Source: Narcine bancroftii (Eukaryota). Taken from it: 64,000 nt of DNA. Position numbers and translations under genes: made by a program. Below are positions 36,605 through 47,168 of this stretch, one piece after another. The notes under the pieces are model-generated. The model was not told the origin of the DNA, searched no databases, and saw only the letters and a list, made by a program, of their open reading frames with translations. The DNA lies in assembly GCF_036971445.1 (NCBI RefSeq), contig NC_091471.1, positions 127,100,001 to 127,164,000 of the forward strand, written 5' to 3'. Numbering within the stretch: the first letter of the stretch is position 1; each line of letters begins with the position of its first letter.

Positions 36605-39540
36605 TCCTCTACTTGTGGGTCTCAGTCAGCGGCCGGTGGTTCCTCGTTGACACTAGAGCCCAGTTCAGCGTCATCTCAGCCATGGCCGTCGAGTCCAAGA
36701 TCCGACCTTGTGGACCACCCCTCTGTGCGACCAATGCAACAGAAATCCAGATGTATGGAGACAAGACGGTCCACTTCCAGATCAGCCAACGAAATTTCAC
36801 GTGGAGGTTCACCATCTTGTCCCTCCCAACTGCCATCCTGGGTGCAAACTTCCTCCTCGCACACGGGCTTCTGGTGGACATTCGAGGTAGGCGCCAGTTG
36901 GACACCCGTACCTCCCAGACTGTTTGCTTTAAAGCCTCCCGCTCGGAGATGGCCATGATCAGCATGCTCAGAGACGAGTTCCAGCGAATCCTGGATGAGT
37001 TCCCGATACTCTTCAAGCCACAGTTCTCCGCTGCCTCGCCATGCCATGGGGTGTTCCACCACATCCCCACCCAGGGCACACCAGTTCATGCCAAGGCACA
37101 CCTGCTCCTGCCTGACAGGCTCCAAGTGGCGAAGGAGGAGTTTTCATGCCTGTTGGAACTGGGGATCATTCAATGGTCCAACACCCCATGGGCCTTGCCG
37201 CTCCACCTGGTCCCGAAATCCTCAGGCGGCTGGCGTCCCTGCGGAGACTATTGATGGCTCAATAATGCAACAGTTCCTGACTGTTACCCCATCCCTCACA
37301 TCCAAGACTTTACGGCCAACCTGCACGGTGCGATGGTTTTCTCCAAGGTTGACCTGGTATGCGGATATTACCAGATCCCAGTGCAGCCTGAGGACATACC
37401 CAAGAAGGCCATCATCACCCACTTTGGCTTGTTCGAATTCCTGCGCATGCCGTTTGGGCTCAAGAACGCCGCTCAGACCTTGCAGCACCTCATGGACTCT
37501 GTGGGCAGGGACTTGGATTTCGTCTTTATTTATTTGGATGACATCCTCGTCGCCAGCAAGGACCAGGCGCCACACAAGGCCTATCTACGTGCCATTTCCT
37601 CCTGGCTGGCCGATTTTGGCCTTACCATCAACCCGGCCAAATACAAGTTCGGGAAAGAGTCCATGCAGTTGCAGGGCCATACCATCATGGCCGAAGGAGC
37701 CATGCCCGCCACTACAAAGGTCATCGCTATCAGGGAGTTCCAACGCCCAGACAGCCTCAAGAAGCTGCAGGAGTTCGTGGGTATGGTCAACATTTACAAC
37801 CACTTCAGCCCAGGAGCTGTGCGCATCATGCAGCCGCTATTCGCCCCCATCTCAGCCAAGCACAAAACGCTCACTTGGAACCCAGAACCCTGCACCGCAT
37901 TCAAGGGCTCCATGCTTGCCCACCCACACATCGACCTGCATATGGCACTCTCTGTCGATGCCTCTGCCACAGCTGTCAGTGCTGTCCTGGATCAGCATGT
38001 GAATGGACATTGGAAGCCGCTGGCATTCTTCAGTCGCCTGCCGGAACGCAAGTATAGTGCCCTCGACCATGAGTTACTGGGCATGTACCTGGCGGTGCGG
38101 CATTTCCACTATTTGTTGGAGGGGAGGACTTTTACCATCTTCACCGACCACAAACCCCTACCCAGGCGCTTGCTATGGTAAAGGATCCCTGGTCGGCCCG
38201 TCAGCAGCGTCACCTCTCCTTCGTGTCAGAGTTTACCACCGACATTCAGCACAAGGCGGGGAAGGACAATGTGATTGCCGATGCTCTCTTGCGACTTGCC
38301 ATCTGCACGCTGACGCCCAGCCACGACTTTGACCAGCTCGCCCGGGACCAGAAATGTGATGAGGGGACGAGGGCCTTTGAGACCGCCTTCAAGGGCTGCA
38401 GTTCTGAGACCTCCCGACTCCAAGCGGCGAAGGCACCATCCTGTGCGATATCTCTATGGACACCCCACGACTAGTGGTTCACCAGCAGTAGTGCAGGAAG
38501 GTTTTCCGTCACATCCACGACCTTTCACATCCGTCCATCAGGTCCACAGTCTGGATAGTGGAAGAATGGTTCGTATGGCATGGGCTGCAGAAGCAGATTG
38601 CGAGCTGGACCAGAACATGCACCCATTCCCCGATGTCCAAGGTGCACAGGCACACCAGGGCACCCGTACAGGAGTTCAAGCATGTTCAGCCACATTCACG
38701 TGGATATTGTCGGGCCCTTACCCGTTTCCCGGGGCAACCATTACCTGTTTACGATGGTGGACTGCATCACTCGCTGGCCTGAGGTGATCCCGATGCCAGA
38801 CGCCTCCACCGACTCCTGGTCCCGAGCACTGTTGCATGGTTGGGTCGCCCAGTTTGGGGTCCCGGTCCCTTCACCAGCGATCGGTGTGCCCAGTTCACAT
38901 CTGCACTCTGGGCACAGCTCGCCAACAGGTTGGGGATCCAGGTACACCGCACCACAGCCTACCACCCGCAGGCCAATGGACTGGTCGAATGTCTGCATTG
39001 CCACCTTAAGTCGGCACTCATGGCCCGCCTCACCGGTCCTGACTGGGCGGACAAACTGCCTTGGGTGCTTCTCGGCATCCGCTCCACTCCCAATGAAGAT
39101 CTGCAGGTGTCATCTGCTGAGCTGGTCTACGGTGTGCCGCTGGCACTACCTGGTGAGTTTGTCAATATACCTCACAATCCCCAGCGGTCGCCACATGAAC
39201 TATTTCCTCACCTCAGGGCACGCTTGGATTCATTCGAACCCCCACCGCCGCCCAGGCATGGCACCTGCCTGTCTCACATTTCTGGTGAACTGCTTTCCGT
39301 GAAGTATGTTTTCGTTCGGTGGGGCCTGACCATGGCACCTCTGCAGCGACTGTACGAGGGGCTGTACAGGGTTGTACAGCGTTCCAGCTCCACATTCATA
39401 CTGGACATTGGTGGCAGGCGGGAGCTGTTTATCGTGGACAGGCTGGAGCCAGCGCACCTCAATCCCACTGAGCCCGCGGTCATAGCCCAGCCCAAGAAGC
39501 GAGGCTACCCGGCGAAAAAGGACATTGACGCTGGTTCTGT
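36550..39540 (+). pseudogene. pol: pol (protease, RT, RNase H, integrase) with stops and frameshifts
   Basis: FLVDTRAQFSVI (protease), RMPFGLKNAA and YLDD (RT), DAS..AVL and FTDHKPL (RNase H), HIHVDIVGPLP and TTAYHPQANGLVE (integrase). Confidence 0.92.
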
Positions 39541-39560
39541 GGGGGGGGGGGGGGGAGCTG

Positions 39561-39850
39561 TGTGGCAGCTCACCTCTAGGCAGGAGAACTGGCCCCGCTT
39601 GTATGCCAAGCGGCGGGGCAGCCCGCCAAAATGGCGCCGTCAGCGGTGTTCCCTTCCTCCCAGCACAGGGCTCAGAAGCCCGCGCTGGGGGTTCACGTGA
39701 TGCCTGGGTGACGTCATTGCCCTCCAGCGCAGTTCTCAGCCAGGTTCGGGCTGGGGGTACAAGTACAGCCCAGCATAAACTAGTCCGCTCACTGAGCTCA
39801 ACCCGTCTGGTTGTGTGTGTTCTTTCAGGATCAGTGTAGCTGCCGCTACA
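39561..39850 (+). repeat. 3' LTR
   Basis: Follows a G-run PPT (39541-39555). Roughly 10% diverged from the 5' LTR by eye and has lost the AATAAA context through a short deletion. Confidence 0.95.
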
Positions 39851-40547
39851 ATGCAACATTAAAGTCATTGAGTAAATTCAACAGAATTCTAACTTATCAC
39901 TATTATGTACATTGCCGACATGATAATGCATTTCCTACCATTTGAGAAGGATAGAATCAAAATCTACATGGTCAAGGGAAAGAAATATTCCTGCAGAGGT
40001 GAAAAAGTTCATAAATATTGAACACCATCAATTTGTCCTAATTTAATGTTAGCTATAAAACTCTGAAATGAATGCAGTTTCAACATAAGTGGTAAAATAG
40101 ATGAGAACAATTGATCAAACATGCCTTCAAAAATTTTTGCTCATCTTGGTGAGTATTAAAATCCCAAACTAAGATTAATAACCAACAAACAGGTGGATAT
40201 AATATTGCAAAATATTAAATTAACACAATAGGAGTGCTATTGAACCATATTTAACATAGATATTGGGATAGGTGACTATTGGATTTGAAGTGGTAGTCTT
40301 TAAGGAGTATCTGAAAGGACAAGAGGGAGACAGAGCTGGAGAGGTTAAGGGATTGAATTTCAAAACTTAGGCCCTCACCAGTGATTAATAGGGAGGAGGA
40401 TCCACCTGAGGCTAGGTAAGGAGAAATACAACATATATTGATTGTAGGAGGTTATTGCAGTGAGTGACAGAACAGTTGGAAAAACTTGAGCAGAGGATAA
40501 AAATAGCCATTCATAGAATATTTGTTTGTGAAAATTATGCCACTAAT

Positions 40548-40794
40548 TGTGAAGAAAAAGTGCATTTTCCCCAGTAATGGGGCACCGAGATCTGAAGATA
40601 TGCAACAACTACAAATGCATAAACGTAAACTGGTCAATCAGCTGACCTGAATATAAACCTGAGCCGGCCCATCCTGAGCCAGTCACACAGGGAGCCACCA
40701 AGCCATGAACTGGTGTTAAGACTTTTACTGGAATCAAGCCTGTTGTACAGTCTTTTGAGTTTGTGCTTGCTTGCTGCTATCTCAGCGCTCCACA
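40548..40794 (+). mobile_element. LTR remnant related to 50349-50639
   Basis: Shares GTCAATCAG..ACCTGAAT and AGACTTTTA..AAGCCTGTTGT.CAGTCTTT blocks. Left boundary uncertain and no TSD seen. Confidence 0.45.
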
Positions 40795-40799
40795 ATCAG

Positions 40800-40995
40800 G
40801 GGCAACTTTTTTTTTTAAACACAGAGTTGTGGGTGCTTTGAATGTCTTGCCAGGGATGGTGGTGGAGGCTGAAATATTGGGGGCATTCAGAGACTCTTAG
40901 ATGGACACATGGATGAAAGGAAAATAGAGTGCTATGGGTAGGCACAAAATCAAGGGCCAAAGGGCCTGTACTATGCTGTATGGTTCTATGTTCTA
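40800..40995 (+). mobile_element. CR1 3' end
   Basis: FF.QRVVGA.N.LP-like sequence and tail GGTTCTATGTTCTA. Confidence 0.65.
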
Positions 40996-42439
40996 ATGAC
41001 CAAAAGGAATTATTGTAAATTAGATGTTATGCTGAAACTCAATTCAGATTTTGTATTTTGAACCTCCAAATTTGACTGGTCTAAATGTAGAACAAGGAAC
41101 TACATTATGTCTCTATATGTCTGTGTGTGCATGTTGGAAGCAAGAGGGAGTTTGGAAGGGTACTCAAAAATCTATGAGAAGCAATGCATCAATATCTGGA
41201 TTTATGTCGAATGAGTGATTTGGAAATATAGAACATAACAGCACAGTAATAAGCCAACAAAGCATGACAATCTAAATATTCTCTATGTCACACCCATAAC
41301 CCTCTATTTTTCCTACATCTTTGTGCCTATCCAAGAGTCTTTTAGATGTTCTTGTTGTACCAGTCTCGACCACCAACCCCAGCATAGTGCATTTTCCCAT
41401 CCAGAAAGTCAGCCATTAATCCAAAAAATGAAGAGATGATAGGAGTAGGAGAAAGGTCATAACATTAAAGCATCATTGACCAAGTGGTATCTAATTTTTC
41501 AGATACAATTTGAAATGGAATTTAGGAGAAATTATTTCTACTAGTTGGGTAATATCAAGCACAAAAAATAAATTATGATTGTGAGAGACCAATCATTTTA
41601 GCCCCAGAAAGCACTGCAGGAATTCTTCGTGACAGTATCCAAGACACTCGTCCTCAATTTACCAGTCATGGTACATGCAAAGATAAAGGAAATGGGCTAA
41701 AAATGAGTGAGCAACCTTTGTGTCTCACGTACTATCAAATGACTATTTCCACCATTAAAAATGACTACCTCTCCACGAGGTTCAATAGGATTTTCACATT
41801 CCCATAGAAGCAATATCTTGGGAAACCTTCTAAGTTGTAAATTTGTTTGGACAAGATACATAAATATTGTGGCTGCATGGCAGGTCAATGTTGAGTAATC
41901 TGTATCTTATAAAGACCCATAACAATTCTGGTCATTGACAAGGCATGAGTCAGAAGTGGGATGAAATGCTGTCTCCACTTATCTGGATGGGTGCAACATC
42001 AAAATTCAAGCTTAATGCAACAAAGCAATTCACTTGATTGAAATGCCATCTGCTCTGTTATGTTTACATTTATTAAGCAGGTTATACATCATTGAATGTA
42101 CCATCCACAAAATATACAGTAGCTCTTGCAAGACATTTTTAATAGGACCTTCCAAATCAGCATTTCCAGCCAACTAGAAAGTTAAGAGGTGGTGGTGAAT
42201 AGGAGGATCAGGACCATTTCCAAATTTCTCTCCATTTCATGCACTATATTGACTGAAATATGATGAATTATATTAATCCCACCTGGTGGTAATTTTGGTA
42301 TTCATTATTTAGAACATATGCCTTCACAACATGGACTGAAACAATTCAGAAAGATGGCTCACTACCATCTCCTTGAAAACAAATAAGTCAATTTGTCACC
42401 CAAAAAAAACCTAGTATGGTGAGAAGGGTTCTTCTGTCA

Positions 42440-44275
42440 ATAAACTAACAGAGTTCAGAGTACATACTTGACATCCAATACAATCCTGAAATTCTCTTTT
42501 TCTGTGGGCCAGGCAGAATTTCTACTTATCAGTCGTGCAAAGAAAAAAAACTACTCAAGAAAATATACATATACAAAAGAGAGAAATGTAAACAAGAAAG
42601 CAGTGCAAACTACTTGTGCAATACAAAAAATAAATTCAATAATAAATAATGTGCAAAATAAGAGTCCTTAAATGAATCTGTGATTAAGTTTGTTGTTTTG
42701 GTGTCTTTTGGTAGACGGGTAGTAAGTGCCTCCTGAACTGGTGGTACAAGGGTTGCGGCACTGATAACCTCTTCACTGACGGCAGCAGCAAGGACAAAGC
42801 GTATCTTAGATTGTGTGAACCTTCGTGATGATGCTGCTCTCTGATGACAGTGTTCCATGTAAATACTCTCAATGGTGGAGAAAGTATTGCCTATGACTAT
42901 TGGGCTGTGTCAACTGCCTTTTGCAGGGCTTCCACTCAGAGGTATTGGTGCCCCGACACCAGACGGTAATGCCGCCAGTTTGTACACTTTCTGTAGAAGT
43001 TTGCTAACATTTTTGATGTCACGTCAAATCTTGAGAAAATAGAGGTGCTGATGTGCTTTCTTTATGATGATGTTTGTGTTTTGGGTCCAGGAAAAGTTCT
43101 CTAGAATAGTGACTCACAGAAATTTAAATTTTCCTCACCTTCCCCACCTCTGATCCACCAATGATCACGGATGTACACCTCTGGGTTTTCCCTCCTGAAC
43201 TCCATGATCAGCTATTTGGTTTTGGTGTCATTGAGTGTGAGGTTGTTGCTAGTTTACCATTCAATCTCCCTCTGGTTGACTCATTGGCCACTACCAATAT
43301 ACAACCCAGTACCATGGCATGATGTTATCTCCAATATTTATACAGCTGTGTAAAGAGCACAATTTACAGAGTACAGGATAACAATGAAAAAGATCAGCAC
43401 CAAGCAAGGGCAGCTTCATTGCAATGTTTTGGGGTTCATTCAGGAGCCCAATGTCTGCAGCCTGTTTGTGCATGGTTTCACCCTCTAAGGCCTTCTCCCT
43501 CATGGGAAGAGTGTGTGTCCAGTGTATGATTGGTCTTTCAGCACGTTGGCTGCAGTCCCAAAGCAGTTAGAAATACAGATGGAGTCCATGGATGGGAGGG
43601 TAGATTGCATTATGTTCTGCGCTCCATCTACTACCTTTTGTAATCTCCTCTGATCTTGAGCTGAACAGCTCCCATAATACACGGTGATGCATCCAGCAAG
43701 TATGCTTTCCATGTTGCCCAAGGAGAAGCCATTTAAAGACAAGTGGGATATGACAAATTTCCTCAGTTTTCTAAGAAAATAAAGGTATTGGCACACTTTC
43801 TTTACTGTCATGTCAATGTGCTTGTTCCAGATCAGGTAAATATATATATTTGTTCCAAAGAACATGAAGCTATTTACTCTTACAACTTCAGTACCATTAA
43901 TGTGGACAGGGAAATGACCTCTGCTCCCCTCTTCTGATGTCAATGATCATTTTCCTCATCTTATTAACATTGAAAGAGAGATTATTATCTTGGCACAATG
44001 CTATTAGAATTCCAATCTCTTTCCTGTATTCAGCCTTGTCATTATTTGATACCCAGCCCACGACTGCTGTGCTGTTGACAAACTTGAAGATGGATTTGTA
44101 ACAGTATTTGGGGGGGGGGGGGGGGTAGGAGACTGTGCACACATCCTGAAGGAGCATTGGAACAGATTTTGTTACCCATTTTCACTGATTTCAGCCTGTT
44201 AGACAGGAAGTCAAGGATCCAGTTGCAGAAAGTGGTGGTGGTGAGTTACTGGGGACTACAGTATCAAAGACAGTG
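42440..44275 (-). mobile_element. Two adjacent Rex1/Babar LINE fragments
   Basis: 42440-43350 is homologous to 1-680. ORF 43500-43943 has YFLRKLRK, ESILAGCITVYYG and LQKVV. 43897-44157 has WCQDNNLS.NVNK-like sequence. Confidence 0.8.
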
Positions 44276-44303
44276 GGTTTGAATACTTGTCAGTAATGCC
44301 CAC

Positions 44304-44331
44304 TTTTCTTGTTGAATAATACCCATGCCAC
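44304..44331 (-). CDS. Possible exon 2 of the - strand gene, with candidate ATG at 44326
   Basis: Strong acceptor gttttattttgtctgtgcAG and GGC ATG G Kozak context. The donor is weak (GTGGGC at 44303, or GTATTC at 44286). Confidence 0.35.
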
Positions 44332-44994
44332 CTGCACAGACAAAATAAAACACGCAAAATGTAAAAAGGGTAAGTAGTCATTTTTCTTAGGAATTTAACT
44401 TGCTATTGATCTTACATAGTCATACATCCAACATTAAGGATTTTACAAAAAACCAAAGATCCGGCACGATTGAGTACAAGTCATGATTTGTTAAACTCTC
44501 ACATCGACTTGTAAGTGGTTTCATAAATATAACGTTTCTTCGGAAATCTAATCAACATTACATTTATGCACAAATTAATCCTGATCTATTCTTCCAAGAT
44601 TATTTACTCGAACATGCAATTATTTTGTATCTTCGATTTCACTCCCACCCCCCATGATATTGGAACATACAAGAACTTCATTTTTCTCTCTCCAATGACA
44701 GCATTGATCAAACCATCCATCTCCTCCTCTGCTTCAGTCACCAAAGCCTTTCCTAACGTTTTATTCCTCTTCAAAAGGAAAGCTCCTTTCATGTTTTTTT
44801 CTTAAATGGTCCTAAATACTGTACCAATAGATTTCCTTAACCTACAAGGTTACATCCTGAAGCGAATGTTGAACCCAAAATTAAAATGCAAGAAGTATAG
44901 GTGATGAGTTTCGTCCAGTGCAGAAACTCTACCTTGCAATTTCAGGAATTAAAACAATCAAAAATGCAAATTTGAAAATTCAACGTGCACTTAC

Positions 44995-45100
44995 TTCCCA
45001 GTTCAGGTGAAAATCATCTAGAGTGAATAAAACCTGGAAACATCTTTTTAACGCCGAGACGGAACGCGAACCAGAAGTTCTGCTACCATGAGTGTTTGTT
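44995..45100 (-). other. Possible first (5' UTR) exon of the - strand transcript; 5' end unknown
   Basis: Consensus donor GAA|GTAAGT at the CpG-island edge. Confidence 0.4.
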
Positions 45101-45332
45101 TGGGTGGGTTGGAGGAGGGGGGGGAGAAAGAGTGTATATGTCATTCAGCTGAAGTTTGGATTCATTTACCCTTCTGAACGGCTCCGTTACACAAATGGGG
45201 GACACGGACATCACCTACCGAGCAGATGGATAAGTACGAACACATTATGGTCAATTCATAATATTTGGGGGGTTCGGGCGTGGGCGGGAGCTTGCTTTGC
45301 CCAACCTGCTGATCGGAGGAAGACGCGGTTGC

Positions 45333-45437
45333 CGCCCGAGCACGCGCCGTCCCTCCGGGCTCGCGCTTTCCCTGAGCCAGCGGGTGTCGCCCGAGCACGC
45401 GCCGTCCCTCCGGGCTCGCTCTTTCCCTGACCCAGCG
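45333..45437. repeat. Tandem duplication, about 2 x 55 bp, GC-rich
   Basis: CGCCCGAGCACGCGCCGTCCCTCCGGGCTCGC.CTTTCCCTGA.CCAGCG at 45333 and 45388. Confidence 0.9.
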
Positions 45438-45479
45438 CGCGCCGCTCCGTCGTGGCCGTGCACAGGTGTTGCCCACTGG

Positions 45480-45589
45480 CGAGACGTGCACGCCACTCCA
45501 TTTCTTCCCCTCTCTCGCATCTGCGGCGGATTGAATCCCTCCCTCCCTCGCTTACACTCCCCTCAACTCTCTTCCGAACCGGGTGGCCG
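45480..45589 (+). other. Probable non-coding first exon of an unidentified + strand gene; 5' end approximate
   Basis: Donor CCG|GTAAGG at 45590 inside the CpG island. Confidence 0.5.
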
Positions 45590-47168
45590 GTAAGGTAGAA
45601 AGAATAAGCTCCCATGGACGCCAACAGAGTGGAGAGGGGTTCGGCGAAGCTGGAAGGCGGCTCGAGTCGCGGGAGGAGAGCCGGTTGTTGTGAGTGCCCT
45701 TCGCGGCCGGGGCATTGACCCTCTTCCTGGCTGACGTTTGTCTCTGCATGAAACTGTTCCCCCCAAACTATGCGCGGGCAATCAATCCACCAAGCATGGA
45801 TGTTTGTTGTTGATCCACAAAACATTTTCGTGGTTGCACTGAGCGCTTCATGTACTTTTGCCTTTCCAGTTTACAAAAAAAAAGCAGTAGTATTGATAGT
45901 GGTGGATCGAGGATCTCTCGTTATTGATTGGAGAGGAATGTTAAACCCCATTTAAAACGCTTCAAGTTCTACCTGAACCAGGGCGTGAAGTGTGGATGGT
46001 GAAGAGAAACTCTACTCTTTCTGGTTGTGTTCGAGCTTGAAACTTGCGCTGCCATCCACCACTTCGTCTTGAAAGATGAGTCTCTCCGACAATTCCCTTT
46101 CGAGTTGATTGTGGGTGTGTTCCGCCAATATTCTGGCGAGACTATTATTTCTGTATCCATGTCCGCACTTTCCCGCGCGTGAAACATCAACTTTTACTGT
46201 GTCCTGAAATCTGGTGCTCAGTCCGAGGTTCCCCGTTTAACGGGAGATGGATATGGGATGGGGGGGGGGGGGGGGGGAATCACTCAAAGCAATATTTCTG
46301 TTTCACATACAGACGTTAACACGAACCCTCCCATCTCCTGTAGTTTCTTGATAGAAAGAGAAGTTAATTAAGAACCATACTTGTAAGGAAAAAAAATGTA
46401 TATAACGGCATTTCTGTGAATGAGCTGTTATGTGAATGCATTACAGATGGCGGGGGGGGGGGGGGGAAAGAGAATATTCCTCACGAAGGTCATTGACTCT
46501 CGTGTGTCAGAACATGATCCTAAAGAATCGAATCCAGTAATCCTACCTCTTGTTTATTAAGATCATCAGTTGCTGAGAACCTTCCACCTTTCCGGAATGC
46601 TTACGAGAACACTGTCAGTCCTTGTCACACAGGAATGAACTTGTCTGCTTGAATGAGCAAATGTCTGCCCTTAATTTTCTCGTTTTAAATATGATAATTG
46701 TCCTTGAGTTGAATTGAGCATTTCATTCAACAGTTCAACAAAACACAAGTTTTGCTAACGTGTTGTTTTAATTCACGTTATCTAATGAATGAGTTTGAGG
46801 ATGAAATTATTTTTTCATCCTGCCTTGTCCAATAGTGGAGGGGCAATGCAGTTGTATGATGTTAGATTTCTGTCTATATGTTAACCTGCATTCTTGACAT
46901 TTTTTTGGACAACTACACTGTGTACCAAATGTGATGGTACTAAATTTGTTCTGTTTAACTGCCCTTGCTACCACCTTTGGTAGAATAGCAGATATCGATG
47001 CAAAGTATTAGTCTGTACTTAATAAGATGTTGCTCACCACCCTTTGGGGACGAGGCAGGGGGAGATGGGTGGGTTGGTGATTTCAGAATATTCACTGTAA
47101 ACTTAACCCTGATTCAACTCGACTGATAATACCATATGCCAATTGGCTTATTTTATTATCAGCTTAAA

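Larger units (their letters stand above)
35516..39850 (+). mobile_element. Full-length Ty3/gypsy LTR retrotransposon, CsRn1-like clade, inactivated
   Basis: Two TG...CA LTRs, 4-bp TSD ATGC (35512-35515 and 39851-39854), tRNA-Trp PBS, G-rich PPT, and gag-PR-RT-RH-IN domain order. Confidence 0.95.
45250..46250. promoter_or_regulatory. CpG island / probable bidirectional promoter
   Basis: The only CpG-rich non-TE stretch in the window. Contains GC-box-like GGGCGTGGGCGGG and has donor sites pointing outward on both strands. Confidence 0.8.

Noticed and set aside
35832-39868. Antisense and alternate-frame ORFs inside the gypsy element
   Set aside because: These are shadows of the GC-rich gag-pol sequence; no env or accessory gene is supported.
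44604-44792. 62-aa - strand ORF next to the CpG island
   Set aside because: No recognisable motif or flanking splice support.
45092-46190. Overlapping ORFs in the CpG island as coding genes
   Set aside because: Stop-poor GC-rich DNA gives ORFs in all frames; the peptides are Arg/Gly/Pro-rich and mirror the 55-bp repeat.
46259-46466. Long G homopolymers as functional G-quadruplex elements
   Set aside because: Such runs occur throughout the window, including inside TEs, and homopolymer length is error-prone in assemblies.
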